IMG/VR virus record: IMGVR_UViG_3300029822_001076
Direction: 5' to 3' (one strand)
Origin: a virus
Length of the DNA: 64,000 nt
Every line of letters starts with the position of its first letter. Position 1 is the first letter of the stretch. The translations under genes were made by a program, and so were the position numbers. The notes under the pieces are model-generated. The model did no database searches. It had not been told where the DNA came from and was given only the letters and a program-made list of their open reading frames with translations. Shown in pieces: positions 10,346 through 19,691 of the stretch.

Positions 10346-11902
10346 TTAAATCTCCATCCCGTTTCTGAAGATAAAGGTCAGCTTTCCATCTCTTGAAACC
10401 TTGGAATAATCAAGCAGACTTTGCCAGAGAAGCGGGCTGAAAGTTGCCATCTCATCTTCGGATAGTAGAGTCTTTATAAATCGCCCGGCCTGAATGTGCC
10501 GGGTTTTCTTGTCTTCAATCTTTTCATTGATGGCATCATATTTTTTCTTCACACCGTTAAACCGCTCAGTCATCTCATCAAATTCCTGATTGTACTTTTC
10601 CTGATCCAAGGCCACTCGGGCGTTATTTTGAATAGCCTGTTCCATGAGATTTGAGATGGACTCCATTTCTGCATAGAGCTTGTCTCGCTCAATCTCCAGC
10701 TCTTTTGTGCTGTAGGCGACGGTTTCAATGGCCTGAAAGTTTGCTTGAATCTGCTTACGGTCTTTCATCAGAATGTTTACGGCTTTCATAAAGGCTTCTT
10801 TGATCTCATTCTCTGTAAAGTGCGGAGTTTGACATTTTTCCTTAAACTTGCTGTTGCACTGCCAGATCGTACGCTTATATTTGCTGGTGGAATGCCAGAC
10901 CTTAGAACCGTACCAGTCTCCACAGTCCTCGCATTTTAGCTTCCCTGAAAAGATGGATACGCTGTTCTTTGATTTCCTGTAATCATGCTCAAGGAGCGTT
11001 TGAACGAAATCCCAAGTTTCAGGCTCAATGATGGCTTCGTGATTATTCTTCACATAGTACTGAGGGATTTCACCCTCATTTTTCTTTTTCTTCTTGGTCA
11101 GAAAATCGACGGTGAAAGACTTCTGCAAAAGTGCATCACCTTTGTATTTTTCGTTGGTCAGGATTGATTTGACACTTTGTGCGCTCCACTTATCTTTGCC
11201 GCCCGGCGTTTTAATCCCTCGAGCTGTCAGCTCTTTGGCAACTCCGTAGCAAGATCGTCCTTCAAGGAAGAGTGCATATAAAAGCTTCACGCTTTTTGCT
11301 TCTTCGGGATTGATGATGAGATTGCCGTCCTCTCCTCGGTCATAGCCTAAAAAGCGACTAAAAGGCACGGTTACTTTTCCATCTGCAAATCGCTTCCTTT
11401 GTCCCCAGGTGCAGTTTTCAGAAATAGATCTGGATTCTTCCTGGGCAAGAGAAGACATGATCGTGATGAGAAGTTCGCCTTTGGAGTCGAGCGTTTGAAT
11501 GTTTTCCTTCTCGAACCAGACCTCGATGTTTTTCTCTTTGAGCTTCCTAACGGTCGTTAAAGTATCAACGGTATTTCTTGCAAAACGGCTGACCGATTTT
11601 GTGATGATAAGGTCAATCTTTCCGTCTAAGGCATCGTTAATCATAGCCTTAAACTCGACCCGGTCTTTGGTGTTCGTTCCTGTAATGCCCTCATCAGCAT
11701 AAACCCTGACAAATTCCCAGTCTGTTCGATTTTTGATGTAGTTGGTGTAATAGTCGACCTGAGCTTCATAGCTGGTTGCTTGTTCTTCACTGTCGGTAGA
11801 AACACGGGCATAAGCAGCGACTCGTCTTTTCCTCGGAGAGTCAATGGGCATAGCCGTCTTTTTATTTATCTTGGCGGGTATTGTTGTTACTGACTTGACC
11901 AT
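10346..11902 (-). CDS. Large serine recombinase (second of tandem pair)
   Basis: AAYARVSTDSEEQ catalytic motif, ITKSVSRFARN, recombinase domain, Zn-ribbon CEDC...WQC, coiled coil. Confidence 0.93.
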   Translation of the reverse strand: MVKSVTTIPAKINKKTAMPIDSPRKRRVAAYARVSTDSEEQATSYEAQVDYYTNYIKNRTDWEFVRVYADEGITGTNTKDRVEFKAMINDALDGKIDLIITKSVSRFARNTVDTLTTVRKLKEKNIEVWFEKENIQTLDSKGELLITIMSSLAQEESRSISENCTWGQRKRFADGKVTVPFSRFLGYDRGEDGNLIINPEEAKSVKLLYALFLEGRSCYGVAKELTARGIKTPGGKDKWSAQSVKSILTNEKYKGDALLQKSFTVDFLTKKKKKNEGEIPQYYVKNNHEAIIEPETWDFVQTLLEHDYRKSKNSVSIFSGKLKCEDCGDWYGSKVWHSTSKYKRTIWQCNSKFKEKCQTPHFTENEIKEAFMKAVNILMKDRKQIQANFQAIETVAYSTKELEIERDKLYAEMESISNLMEQAIQNNARVALDQEKYNQEFDEMTERFNGVKKKYDAINEKIEDKKTRHIQAGRFIKTLLSEDEMATFSPLLWQSLLDYSKVSRDGKLTFIFRNGMEI

Positions 11903-13647
11903 TTTTTCTCCTTCCTTATTTTCTTCATGCGCTCGCTTGCTTCTTTGCGGTGCTCAGGATCGCTCCAGTATTCTTTCATGCCTTTTAAGGCTTTCTTGCG
12001 ACGTTCCTTGCTCCAGGGCGTGCCCCGTTTCTTTTCTTCGTAGTGCCTTTCTTCGAAGTGGCCGTCACGGAAGTGGAAGGAGACGGTATTATCTGCTATC
12101 TCGCAGTAATCCATCGCCTTATCCATTGCTTCTTCGCTATATTCATCAAGGCCTAAAACATCGCAGACTAAAGCGTTCAAGGTCGATTCCTGAATAGTGT
12201 TTGACGGACACTCACTAATCTTCGTTCGACATCTCAAGTAATATTCTGTTGTGCCGTCTTTTAGAGTTCTCCTTTGTCCACTAAAACTGTTGCCGCATCT
12301 GGCACACCTGATAAATCCTGTATAGGGAGTTGCCGGATTTTTTAAACCGTTGGTATCTTTGCTTCGCTTTATCCTTTTGTATCTTTCTTTGTATTCGGGT
12401 GTCCAGGCATCTTTTCTGGCAGTGGATACGTAGGTGCGATGAATAACCGAACCATCGGCCATAAAAAATTCCAGATGGTCTTTTCCTGTGACATCGATAT
12501 GATCTACTTTTTCAAGAAAGATCTCGTCATCAAATTCATCGATGTCGAGAACCTCGCAGATAATTTTCTTGAGCTGTTCCTCGTTTATATCACCGGTGCC
12601 ACAGGGATTTCCCTGTCCCGCTTTTCTTGTCGCGCATATCCAGCTCCTTAATTTCCCGCTCTTAGTGTTTCTGGTTGAACGTTGAAAACTCCGATTGCAG
12701 TGTTTGCATTTGATTTTCGAGGTTAAAGCGGATGTCTTGATATGCGGATTGGCAAAAGCCCCCAGCTCCCGTTTTCTCTGCCTTATTTCCTGTACCTTGT
12801 TGAAAGTTTCCTCGCTGATGATGGCGGGGTGGGTGTTTCTCGCATAATATTGAGGAAGTTCACCATTGTTGTACTTGGTTTTTCCGTCTTCGATGTAGGT
12901 TTTCTGAAAGAGCGTATTTCCGGTGTAGCGTTCCTGCTTTAAGATTTGGCGAATGCTGTTATTTCCAAAATGGCCGCCCGTATAGGACTTGACGCCCATC
13001 TCTTCGAGCTGCTTTTCTGTCTTTTCCGCTGATATGCCGTTTAAGAAGTTATCGTAAATAAGCCTTACGATCTTTGCTTCTTCCTCAACAATGACAAACT
13101 CTTTGCCCGTCCAGCGGTAGCCGTAAATATGAAAGGAATTCCCGATGCCTTTTTGAAAGTTCTTGCGGATGCCCCATTTCACATTTTCGGAAATGGACCT
13201 GCTTTCCTCTTGGGCAAAGGAAGCAAGAAGCGAAAGCATCAGCTCACCGTCTTCAGATAAGGTATGAATCTTTTCTTTTTGAAAACGCACTTCAATGCCT
13301 AAATCCTTCAGCTCCCTCACTGTCTCCAAAAGGTCGACCGTATTTCTTGCAAAGCGCGAGATGGATTTTGTCAAGATGATGTCGATTTTCCCATCCCGTG
13401 CATCACTTAGCATCCTTTGAAATTCCGGTCTGTCTGTTGTTAACCCTGAGACGGCTTTGTCGGCATAGACTCCTGCATACTCCCAGTCGGCATTTCCCTG
13501 AATAAGCTTGCTGTAATAGCTGATTTGAGCAGAGAGCGAATGGGGCGTTCTGCCTTTCTCGATAGATATCCGAGCATAGGCAGCCACCTTTCTTTTCCTT
13601 GGCGGCTCCATTTTCACGGCGTTCACTTTTTGTATTATTTTCGTCAT
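11887..13647 (-). CDS. Large serine recombinase (first of tandem pair) with two Zn-ribbon regions
   Basis: AAYARISIEKG, ILTKSISRFARN, CKHC and CARC ribbons. Confidence 0.92.
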   Translation of the reverse strand: MTKIIQKVNAVKMEPPRKRKVAAYARISIEKGRTPHSLSAQISYYSKLIQGNADWEYAGVYADKAVSGLTTDRPEFQRMLSDARDGKIDIILTKSISRFARNTVDLLETVRELKDLGIEVRFQKEKIHTLSEDGELMLSLLASFAQEESRSISENVKWGIRKNFQKGIGNSFHIYGYRWTGKEFVIVEEEAKIVRLIYDNFLNGISAEKTEKQLEEMGVKSYTGGHFGNNSIRQILKQERYTGNTLFQKTYIEDGKTKYNNGELPQYYARNTHPAIISEETFNKVQEIRQRKRELGAFANPHIKTSALTSKIKCKHCNRSFQRSTRNTKSGKLRSWICATRKAGQGNPCGTGDINEEQLKKIICEVLDIDEFDDEIFLEKVDHIDVTGKDHLEFFMADGSVIHRTYVSTARKDAWTPEYKERYKRIKRSKDTNGLKNPATPYTGFIRCARCGNSFSGQRRTLKDGTTEYYLRCRTKISECPSNTIQESTLNALVCDVLGLDEYSEEAMDKAMDYCEIADNTVSFHFRDGHFEERHYEEKKRGTPWSKERRKKALKGMKEYWSDPEHRKEASERMKKIRKEKKWSSQ

Positions 13648-13677
13648 GAACTATCACCTCCACTCATATACATCACT

Positions 13678-13854
13678 CTAAAGAGGATAAATAGCAAGTA
13701 ATAAATGGCCGATTATGGGCTGATATAAGTCTTCAAAATGGTGCATTAAATTCCGGCTTTCTTCGGCTGTCAGAAGCCCTTTTTCGTACAGGTTTTCAAC
13801 CAGCAGGAAGGCTTCTTGATACCTTGATTCTCTTTCAAATTGCTCCTTTGTCAT
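13678..13854 (-). CDS. 58-aa SHOCT-like small protein (below the ORF-track cut-off)
   Basis: Read manually as MTKEQFERESRYQEAFLLVENLYEKGLLTAEESRNL... It overlaps the upstream stop (ATGA) in the recombinase operon. Confidence 0.7.
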   Translation of the reverse strand: MTKEQFERESRYQEAFLLVENLYEKGLLTAEESRNLMHHFEDLYQPIIGHLLLAIYPL

Positions 13855-14258
13855 GAAGAACCACCCCCGAAGCGGTCAGCGATATAGCATTCATGGGAGC
13901 AGTACTTTCGGTTTTTATTTCCGTATGAATGAAAGGCCTTCCGGCAATAAGCACAGGTCAGCTCGTAGTAGGCTTTGCGCTTTACCTTCTCCGGATGATC
14001 TTTCCACCAGGAGAGCCTGCATTCATCGGAACAGAAGCTTTTCTGCTTTGCTCCTACGCTCTGCGTGAGCTTCTTTCCGCACTTTTTGCAAAAGAGAACT
14101 TCAATAGCATCTGTAACGCTTCGGTTTCCCGTCAGCCCGTTTCGTCTGCAGTGAGACTTCACGGTGTTGACGGAAAGGCCCAGTTTTTGAGCGATCGCTT
14201 TGTAGCCTGCGCCTTTGTTTCTTAATTTTCCGATGGCTTTTCTCTGGAGGTCATTCAT
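13851..14258 (-). CDS. HTH plus zinc-finger DNA-binding protein
   Basis: GYKAIAQKLGLSVNTVKSHCRR HTH, then CKKC, FCSDEC, CAYC and YCSHEC. Confidence 0.75.
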   Translation of the reverse strand: MNDLQRKAIGKLRNKGAGYKAIAQKLGLSVNTVKSHCRRNGLTGNRSVTDAIEVLFCKKCGKKLTQSVGAKQKSFCSDECRLSWWKDHPEKVKRKAYYELTCAYCRKAFHSYGNKNRKYCSHECYIADRFGGGSS

Positions 14259-14472
14259 AGAAGACCCCCGCTTTTTCTTTCAGCCACTCGGCTGCACAGG
14301 ATTTGCAATAGACGCAGGTTGTATGAAGATCGGTATCTTCTTCTTTCAAAACGTCACTCAGGTTCACCTGGATTTCTTTTCCGCATTTAGGGCAAATGGA
14401 GTAGACGTTTTTATCAGATAGGCGGGTGATAACCTTGCTGTTTTCTGAAAGTGTCAATTTGGTATAAAACAT
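14251..14472 (-). CDS. Small zinc-finger phage protein
   Basis: CPKC...CKSC. RBS GGAGG. Confidence 0.65.
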   Translation of the reverse strand: MFYTKLTLSENSKVITRLSDKNVYSICPKCGKEIQVNLSDVLKEEDTDLHTTCVYCKSCAAEWLKEKAGVFYE

Positions 14473-14507
14473 GATCTGTCCTCCGTTTTTTTGTGATAGG
14501 GAAAACT

Positions 14508-14549
14508 CCCTTCACTTCCCCCTTGGACAGATCCGGTGTTTTTGGGCAA
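14508..14549 (-). promoter_or_regulatory. 42-bp motif copy 1 (TTGCCCAAAA-N9-YTGTCCAAGGGG-N3-GTGAAGGG), putative phage-sigma promoter
   Basis: Same fixed-spacing motif as at 19623-19664 and 29843-29884. Each copy lies just upstream of a gene. Confidence 0.7.
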
Positions 14550-16538
14550 TTAATCTTTCTGATAAAATGAACAAGTGAAGCCATCCGCATCAAGCTTTAA
14601 TCCTTCAGCCCATTCAGGTGTCCGGCTCATCTGCTCACATACAGCCTGTACCGACATGCGGGGATCGGCTTCGATGACGATCTCATCGTGAACATGCATG
14701 ACAATGTCGGAGTATTTAAAGGTCATAAGGGCACTGCATAAGATGTCCCTGGAAATAGCCTGCACGATGTTTTCGACAAGCTTTGCGCCGTAGGTTTCAA
14801 TTCGCTCCCAGCGCTTACCCGTCCCTACGCCTTCGTAAGTGATGGACTCACCGCCGAAGCGGTTTTCTTCAATGCGGGGTTTTGCATAGAAAAGCTCTCG
14901 ACCGGACGGAAGGGTGATAATGAGCATGCCGGACTCATAGCGAAAGCGGATATTTTTTACTTCCTTTTTCCTCGATCGCTCTCTGACAGCAGCCATAGCC
15001 GCCCGGTCAATGTCCTGCCAGAGCATGACAATATTAGGGTTCGTCGCACGCCAGGCACTTACCAAGTTCGGCAGTTCCTCTTCCAAAAGCCCCATCTCAA
15101 GAGCACCCATTGCTTTTAAGGCTCCGACCGAGCCGCCGTAGCCACAGGCGAGTTCCGCTATCTTTCCTTTTTGCCTGAGATGTGCATTCGCACCGTGCTT
15201 TTCTACAGGAACGCCGAACATCTCACTTGCCGACCTACAGTAGATATCACCACCCTCAGAGAAAAGTGCCATCCGCCATGTTTCTTCCGCCAGCCAGGCT
15301 AAAACTCTTGCTTCAATGGCTGAGTAGTCAGCGACAAGAAAGATGCGTCCTTTTTTCGGAATAAAGGCGGTGCGGATCAGTTCCGATAAGACTTGCGGAA
15401 TAGAATCAAAGAGCAGACTTAAGGATTTAAGGTCATCATCCTTGACCAGCTTTCTTGCAAGCTCCAAATCCTCCATCTTGTTTCTTGGGAGGTTTTGAAC
15501 CTGAATGAGCCTTCCTGAAAAGCGGCCGGTGCGGTTGGCTCCATAGAATTGCAAAAGTCCTCTCGCACGGTCGTCACGACAGACGCAGTCACTCATCGCT
15601 TCGTATTTCTTAACGCTGGACTTGGCAAGTTCCTGCCTGGTTTCAAGAACCTCTTTGACATCGCCTGAAGCATCTTTAAGGAGTTCTTTTACTGCCTTTT
15701 TATCTAGAGACTCTGTTGCGATTCCCTTTGATAAAAGCCACTCTTTTAGCTGCAGGACAGAATTGGGATTTTCAAGCCCGGTGATTCTTCTCAGTTTTGC
15801 CATGCTTTCTTCACGCACGGCTTCATTCATCCGGATGGCATTTTTAGCGAGGTCTTTATCCAGCAAAATGCCGAGGTCGTTTATTTCCTGATCTCTGTGA
15901 TAAATTTCCCATTCCTGATCCGGCATGTGAAAACGGGAAAGCTTATCGTGGATGAGAAGTTCCGTTTCCACATCTCGCTTGTTGTAGGATTTGTAAAGTT
16001 CCCATTTTTCCGGATCGTGAGAGGGCAGGTTTCTTGTTCTGCCGCCGTTTGTTCGAGTTGCCTTACAGGGAAGGGAAAAATAGCGGATGAGATCTTTACC
16101 TGTCTTTAGTTTTTGTTTATCCAGTCCTAAAACCTCACCGACCCCTTCCAAAGATAAGGGAAGCCCCAGATAGGCAGACCAGGCCATATCGCAGTACCAG
16201 GACTTAGGAGATAGGTAATGAAGATACTCGGGATCGTGGCCAAAGGGTAGCGGCTTTTCTAATACATAGCCCTCTCTTTTCAGCCATTCCGAGATACAAA
16301 CCCGCTCAAACTGAGCATTAAAAGCCCACTTGATGACATCATCTGAAAGAAGGGCATGGATGAGTCTCTCCGGCACCTTTTCACCCTGAGCGAGGTCAAT
16401 CGTCTTTATCTCTCCTCCGTCGATGGCATAAGAAAGAAGCAGTATTTCAAAGTCCGGCTCCTCGACATACCTGAAAACTCCTGTTTTTCTTAAATCGGCA
16501 GAGGAAAAAGTTTCAATGTCTAAGCATATTGTTTTCAT
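14550..16538 (-). CDS. Phage family A DNA polymerase
   Basis: Exo I LDIETF, motif A DYSAIEAR, motif B KIAELACGYG, motif C VHDE. Confidence 0.93.
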   Translation of the reverse strand: MKTICLDIETFSSADLRKTGVFRYVEEPDFEILLLSYAIDGGEIKTIDLAQGEKVPERLIHALLSDDVIKWAFNAQFERVCISEWLKREGYVLEKPLPFGHDPEYLHYLSPKSWYCDMAWSAYLGLPLSLEGVGEVLGLDKQKLKTGKDLIRYFSLPCKATRTNGGRTRNLPSHDPEKWELYKSYNKRDVETELLIHDKLSRFHMPDQEWEIYHRDQEINDLGILLDKDLAKNAIRMNEAVREESMAKLRRITGLENPNSVLQLKEWLLSKGIATESLDKKAVKELLKDASGDVKEVLETRQELAKSSVKKYEAMSDCVCRDDRARGLLQFYGANRTGRFSGRLIQVQNLPRNKMEDLELARKLVKDDDLKSLSLLFDSIPQVLSELIRTAFIPKKGRIFLVADYSAIEARVLAWLAEETWRMALFSEGGDIYCRSASEMFGVPVEKHGANAHLRQKGKIAELACGYGGSVGALKAMGALEMGLLEEELPNLVSAWRATNPNIVMLWQDIDRAAMAAVRERSRKKEVKNIRFRYESGMLIITLPSGRELFYAKPRIEENRFGGESITYEGVGTGKRWERIETYGAKLVENIVQAISRDILCSALMTFKYSDIVMHVHDEIVIEADPRMSVQAVCEQMSRTPEWAEGLKLDADGFTCSFYQKD

Positions 16539-16552
16539 TTACTCCCTCCATA

Positions 16553-16583
16553 GAGAGAAAGGGCGGAGCCTTTGACCCCGCCC
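16553..16583 (-). terminator. Intrinsic terminator-like hairpin just upstream of the polymerase gene
   Basis: On the minus strand GGGCGGGG-loop-CTCCGCCC is followed by TTTCTCT. Confidence 0.55.
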
Positions 16584-16591
16584 TCCCGTCA

Positions 16592-16735
16592 TCAGTTTTT
16601 CTTTTGCCTTTTTGCCTGTCTCCATACGGCTTGGCAGAATCTGTAGACAAGGTAGAAAGGTAAGAAGGCTAGTGTTCCTGCCAGAAGCGTTGCTGTGAAA
16701 AGCTGATAGAGCTGAGAAAAGTATTCACAAAACAT
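16592..16735 (-). CDS. 47-aa single-pass membrane peptide (below the ORF-track cut-off)
   Basis: MFCEYFSQLYQLFTATLLAGTLAFLPFYLVYRFCQAVWRQAKRQKKN. RBS GGAGG. Confidence 0.55.
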   Translation of the reverse strand: MFCEYFSQLYQLFTATLLAGTLAFLPFYLVYRFCQAVWRQAKRQKKN

Positions 16736-16747
16736 GAGGTATCCTCC

Positions 16748-17308
16748 TTAGCTCAGAAAGTCATCGTCTTCAGCAAAATCAGCAAAGTCGTCTTCTGCGC
16801 TGGTACGGCTTCCCAGGGGTTCTCCGTCACGGATTTTCTGCAGGTTGTTTAAGCCACAGGCGATTCCTCGATTGCCGTTGGAGTTGAATGCGTAGAAGTT
16901 AATGGACGCTCTGCCGTAGACTCCGCTGTAGACTTCAGAGCGGGTCAGGATTGGCTGCACATTGGCATCGACAATACCCGGCTGGGTGGTTGAGTTGGCG
17001 TTGAGAAAGAAGCTGTTTGCATAGGCTTCATCATCCGGACGCTCCGTATCACCGTCACGAAGCGGTGTTTTGATGGATTCAAGCGGCGGAACAGAACGGC
17101 TGTTGCCTTTAAGCTTCGCTTCGCCTTCCTTGTAGGCGGCTTGAATCGCTTTCTTGATGGCTTCAATGGTTTTCTTGTCGCTTTTTGGAATGATGAGAGA
17201 TACCGAGAACTTCGGCACTCCGCCGTTAATGGATTTTGGCTCCCACACATTGGCGTAGGACCAGCGAGTGTCTTTACCTGTAATTACTTTCATTGGATTC
17301 TTAGTCAT
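16748..17308 (-). CDS. DUF2815-type phage single-stranded DNA-binding protein (T7 gp2.5-like)
   Basis: RWSYANVWEP, GVYGRASINFYAFN, acidic C-terminal tail DDFADFAEDDDFLS. Start at ATG 17308. Confidence 0.85.
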   Translation of the reverse strand: MTKNPMKVITGKDTRWSYANVWEPKSINGGVPKFSVSLIIPKSDKKTIEAIKKAIQAAYKEGEAKLKGNSRSVPPLESIKTPLRDGDTERPDDEAYANSFFLNANSTTQPGIVDANVQPILTRSEVYSGVYGRASINFYAFNSNGNRGIACGLNNLQKIRDGEPLGSRTSAEDDFADFAEDDDFLS

Positions 17309-18434
17309 GGATCGTTTCCTCCTTAAAATCATCAAATATGTTTGTCATTTCCGGTCTTTTATCGCTTTCCGGTACAAGCGTCGGTTTGCCCTGAGGCTTA
17401 ATCACGAGATCTCCTAAGAGATCGCTGAACTGTTTCCTGCCGAGTAGTTGAGTCATGGCAGTGATGCCTAAGACCTTCTTTTCATAAGGGTCAAAGCCTG
17501 CCCGCTTAACCGTCTCGGCGACTTTTGCTTCATCGCTGTACTTGCGGTTTGACCTGCCCTCGACGAGCTTAAATCCCGCCCATTTCTTGCCGGATTTGGC
17601 AGCTGTCAAGGCGTAGTCCTTGATGTCCTTGGCCCATGCGGAAAGCTCGTCCAGTTTCCCTAGGACAGATTCGATTTCCACATCCGTCAGGAGCGGTGGC
17701 CTGGCAAAGTCATACCTAGCCAGTTCAAGATTGGCACTTGCTCGTTCTGCACAGGTCGCTTTTACTTTGCAGAACTGACACCAGCTTCCGGCAGCAAAGT
17801 CGCCCTTGCCTTCAAAGGCCAGTGTGGCGATGGGCTTTACAGTTTCTTTGGCCCAGCCGTAGAGTTCTTCTTTTGGCAAGGTAAAGCTTGAGATATTGTC
17901 TCTTCTCGGCTGAAAGACGGTCATTTTGACTTCGTCAAAATCGTAGATGCCGTCAAAAAGTAAGCTTGCCGCCAGACCGTAGAGCATAAGCTGGGGATTT
18001 CGCTCCGCTTCGACCAGCACCCCTGTTCCGTACTTAAAATCCCAGAGATAGAGCGTATCGTCAGCGATGATGATGCAGTCCGCTGTGCCGAAGCCCTCCG
18101 GTACGATGTCGGAGAAGTCGAGCCTTTGCTCAATCAGGACAATCGGATCGGCGGTGGTCTGCTTAATCCCTTCTAAGCACTCCATGATATGGTCGGCATA
18201 GAAGGCTGCCGCATCGTCCATCTCTTTTGAGTAGTAGGAGAGGTTTTCCGTCGGGTCATCCGCTTTCATGCCGAGGGCGGATTTCAGCTTGTATTCCGCA
18301 AGCTCGTGTGCCGCTGAACCTTCCAAGGCATAAGGCGATGCTTCGTCTCGGGCCTTTGCGTTCAGCCTTGCTGAGGGCGGGCAGTGAAGCCACCTGTAGG
18401 AAGAAGAAGCGGATAACATGGCATGTGCTGTCAT
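17301..18434 (-). CDS. DUF2800-type Cas4-like PD-(D/E)xK exonuclease
   Basis: HAMLSASSSYRWLHCPPS, GTADCII...WDFKYG, WCQFC. Confidence 0.85.
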   Translation of the reverse strand: MTAHAMLSASSSYRWLHCPPSARLNAKARDEASPYALEGSAAHELAEYKLKSALGMKADDPTENLSYYSKEMDDAAAFYADHIMECLEGIKQTTADPIVLIEQRLDFSDIVPEGFGTADCIIIADDTLYLWDFKYGTGVLVEAERNPQLMLYGLAASLLFDGIYDFDEVKMTVFQPRRDNISSFTLPKEELYGWAKETVKPIATLAFEGKGDFAAGSWCQFCKVKATCAERASANLELARYDFARPPLLTDVEIESVLGKLDELSAWAKDIKDYALTAAKSGKKWAGFKLVEGRSNRKYSDEAKVAETVKRAGFDPYEKKVLGITAMTQLLGRKQFSDLLGDLVIKPQGKPTLVPESDKRPEMTNIFDDFKEETIHD

Positions 18435-18724
18435 TTCTTTAATCCCTCCACTTCCTTTAGCAAGGCTTCGTAGTGCATGGGTTCTACGGCTGAGAGTTTC
18501 TCTGCACCGAACTTTTCAATCAGTGCCTTAATCTCCTTGGTGAAACCTTCCTGCGACTTTTTGGCGAGAACGGCTCTAACATCGGAGAGACTGAGTCCGG
18601 GTTTTGCAGGCTGTTCCGGAGCCGCAGACTTGTCGCTCTCGAGTGCCGATGCCAATGTGCCAAGGCTATCCGCCAAAGCGTGCATATCATCAACAATGTC
18701 TTTTAGTAATTTGATTCTGCTCAT
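18431..18724 (-). CDS. Conserved phage protein
   Basis: Translationally coupled ORF with a SLSDVRAVLAKKS...LIEKFGAEKLSAV pattern typical upstream of DUF2800 genes. Confidence 0.7.
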   Translation of the reverse strand: MSRIKLLKDIVDDMHALADSLGTLASALESDKSAAPEQPAKPGLSLSDVRAVLAKKSQEGFTKEIKALIEKFGAEKLSAVEPMHYEALLKEVEGLKK

Positions 18725-19470
18725 GAGACACCTCCTTCGAGAAGAAGACGGAATGTCTCACGTCCCTTGGGCGTAATCAGTGTCTGATAGCCTTTCCAGT
18801 CGGTTTTCTCGTTGAAACATTCCTTGATTTCAAAAAGACCGTCATTTTTCTCGGCGTAAGGAAAGAGCGTGCCTTTCGCATCCCTGTAGATGTAGCCGTG
18901 GCTCAGGAGATAGTCGATAAACTCCTTTTGCTTAACACCGAGCGCCTTTGCCGTATTGCGGAAATTGGAGAGCAGGTTTCTGTCGACCAGCTCATCAAAG
19001 TAATCCGCCTTAGGCTGCATGACCGTGTTTTGAACGGTGAGCTGCGAATTCCGGATGGAAAGGGCATCACGTTCTTCTCTTGCTTTTTTGAGTTCCGTTG
19101 CCAGCTGAATTAAGGTGTCCGGATTGAGAAGTACTTCTTCTAGCTTCGCAGGAGTCAAGTAGGCTCCGTGTTTTCGAATATCCGGCAGCACCTCATGGGT
19201 GATCCAGCGTTTGAAGGTTTTCGCTTCAGGTTTTCGGCTGGCCAGAATCAGGTTATATAAGCCGTACTCATTGACACAGTTGGTCATTCCCTGACGACCT
19301 ATGTTGAACATAGACCGTTCATCTTCATCGAGACGTGTGACTGCCTGGCTTGTGTTGGCAATATCCAGTGCATCGCAAATATCCGTTGCGACAAACCAGA
19401 TATCTCCGTCTTTTGTCAGTGTTCGGATTTTTCCGAACTGTTCATGTTCATAGATTTGCATTTGCTCCAT
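18721..19470 (-). CDS. BRO-N / ANT (KilAC) antirepressor
   Basis: FGKIRTL...WFVATDIC, SRKPEAKTFKRWITHEVLPDIRKHG, TLITPKGRETF. Confidence 0.88.
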   Translation of the reverse strand: MEQMQIYEHEQFGKIRTLTKDGDIWFVATDICDALDIANTSQAVTRLDEDERSMFNIGRQGMTNCVNEYGLYNLILASRKPEAKTFKRWITHEVLPDIRKHGAYLTPAKLEEVLLNPDTLIQLATELKKAREERDALSIRNSQLTVQNTVMQPKADYFDELVDRNLLSNFRNTAKALGVKQKEFIDYLLSHGYIYRDAKGTLFPYAEKNDGLFEIKECFNEKTDWKGYQTLITPKGRETFRLLLEGGVS

Positions 19471-19585
19471 ACTTGGCCTCCTTTCTCTTACTCATGAGTT
19501 CTTGTGCTAATCTTTTTGACATGATGCTGATGGTGATAAGTAGACCGATCAGCTGTTTGTCATCCGGGTCTCTTGCTCGTTTCAT
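19448..19585 (-). CDS. 45-aa phage protein
   Basis: RBS AGGAGG before ATG 19585. Lies directly downstream of motif copy 2. Confidence 0.5.
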   Translation of the reverse strand: MKRARDPDDKQLIGLLITISIMSKRLAQELMSKRKEAKYGANANL

Positions 19586-19622
19586 TGGCGTTCCTCCTAT
19601 CCGAAGGGCAGGTATCATTTGT

Positions 19623-19664
19623 CCCTTCACCCTCCCCTTGGACAAGAGGAGGGATTTTGGGCAA
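19623..19664 (-). promoter_or_regulatory. 42-bp motif copy 2
   Basis: TTGCCCAAAA TCCCTCCTC TTGTCCAAGGGG AGG GTGAAGGG on the minus strand. Confidence 0.7.
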
Positions 19665-19691
19665 ACGAAATTGAAAAAAGTTTTTTATGGT

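Noticed and set aside
17301-18434. Cas4 as evidence of a CRISPR system
   Set aside because: It is the DUF2800-type phage exonuclease in a replication operon, with no cas1/cas2 or array.
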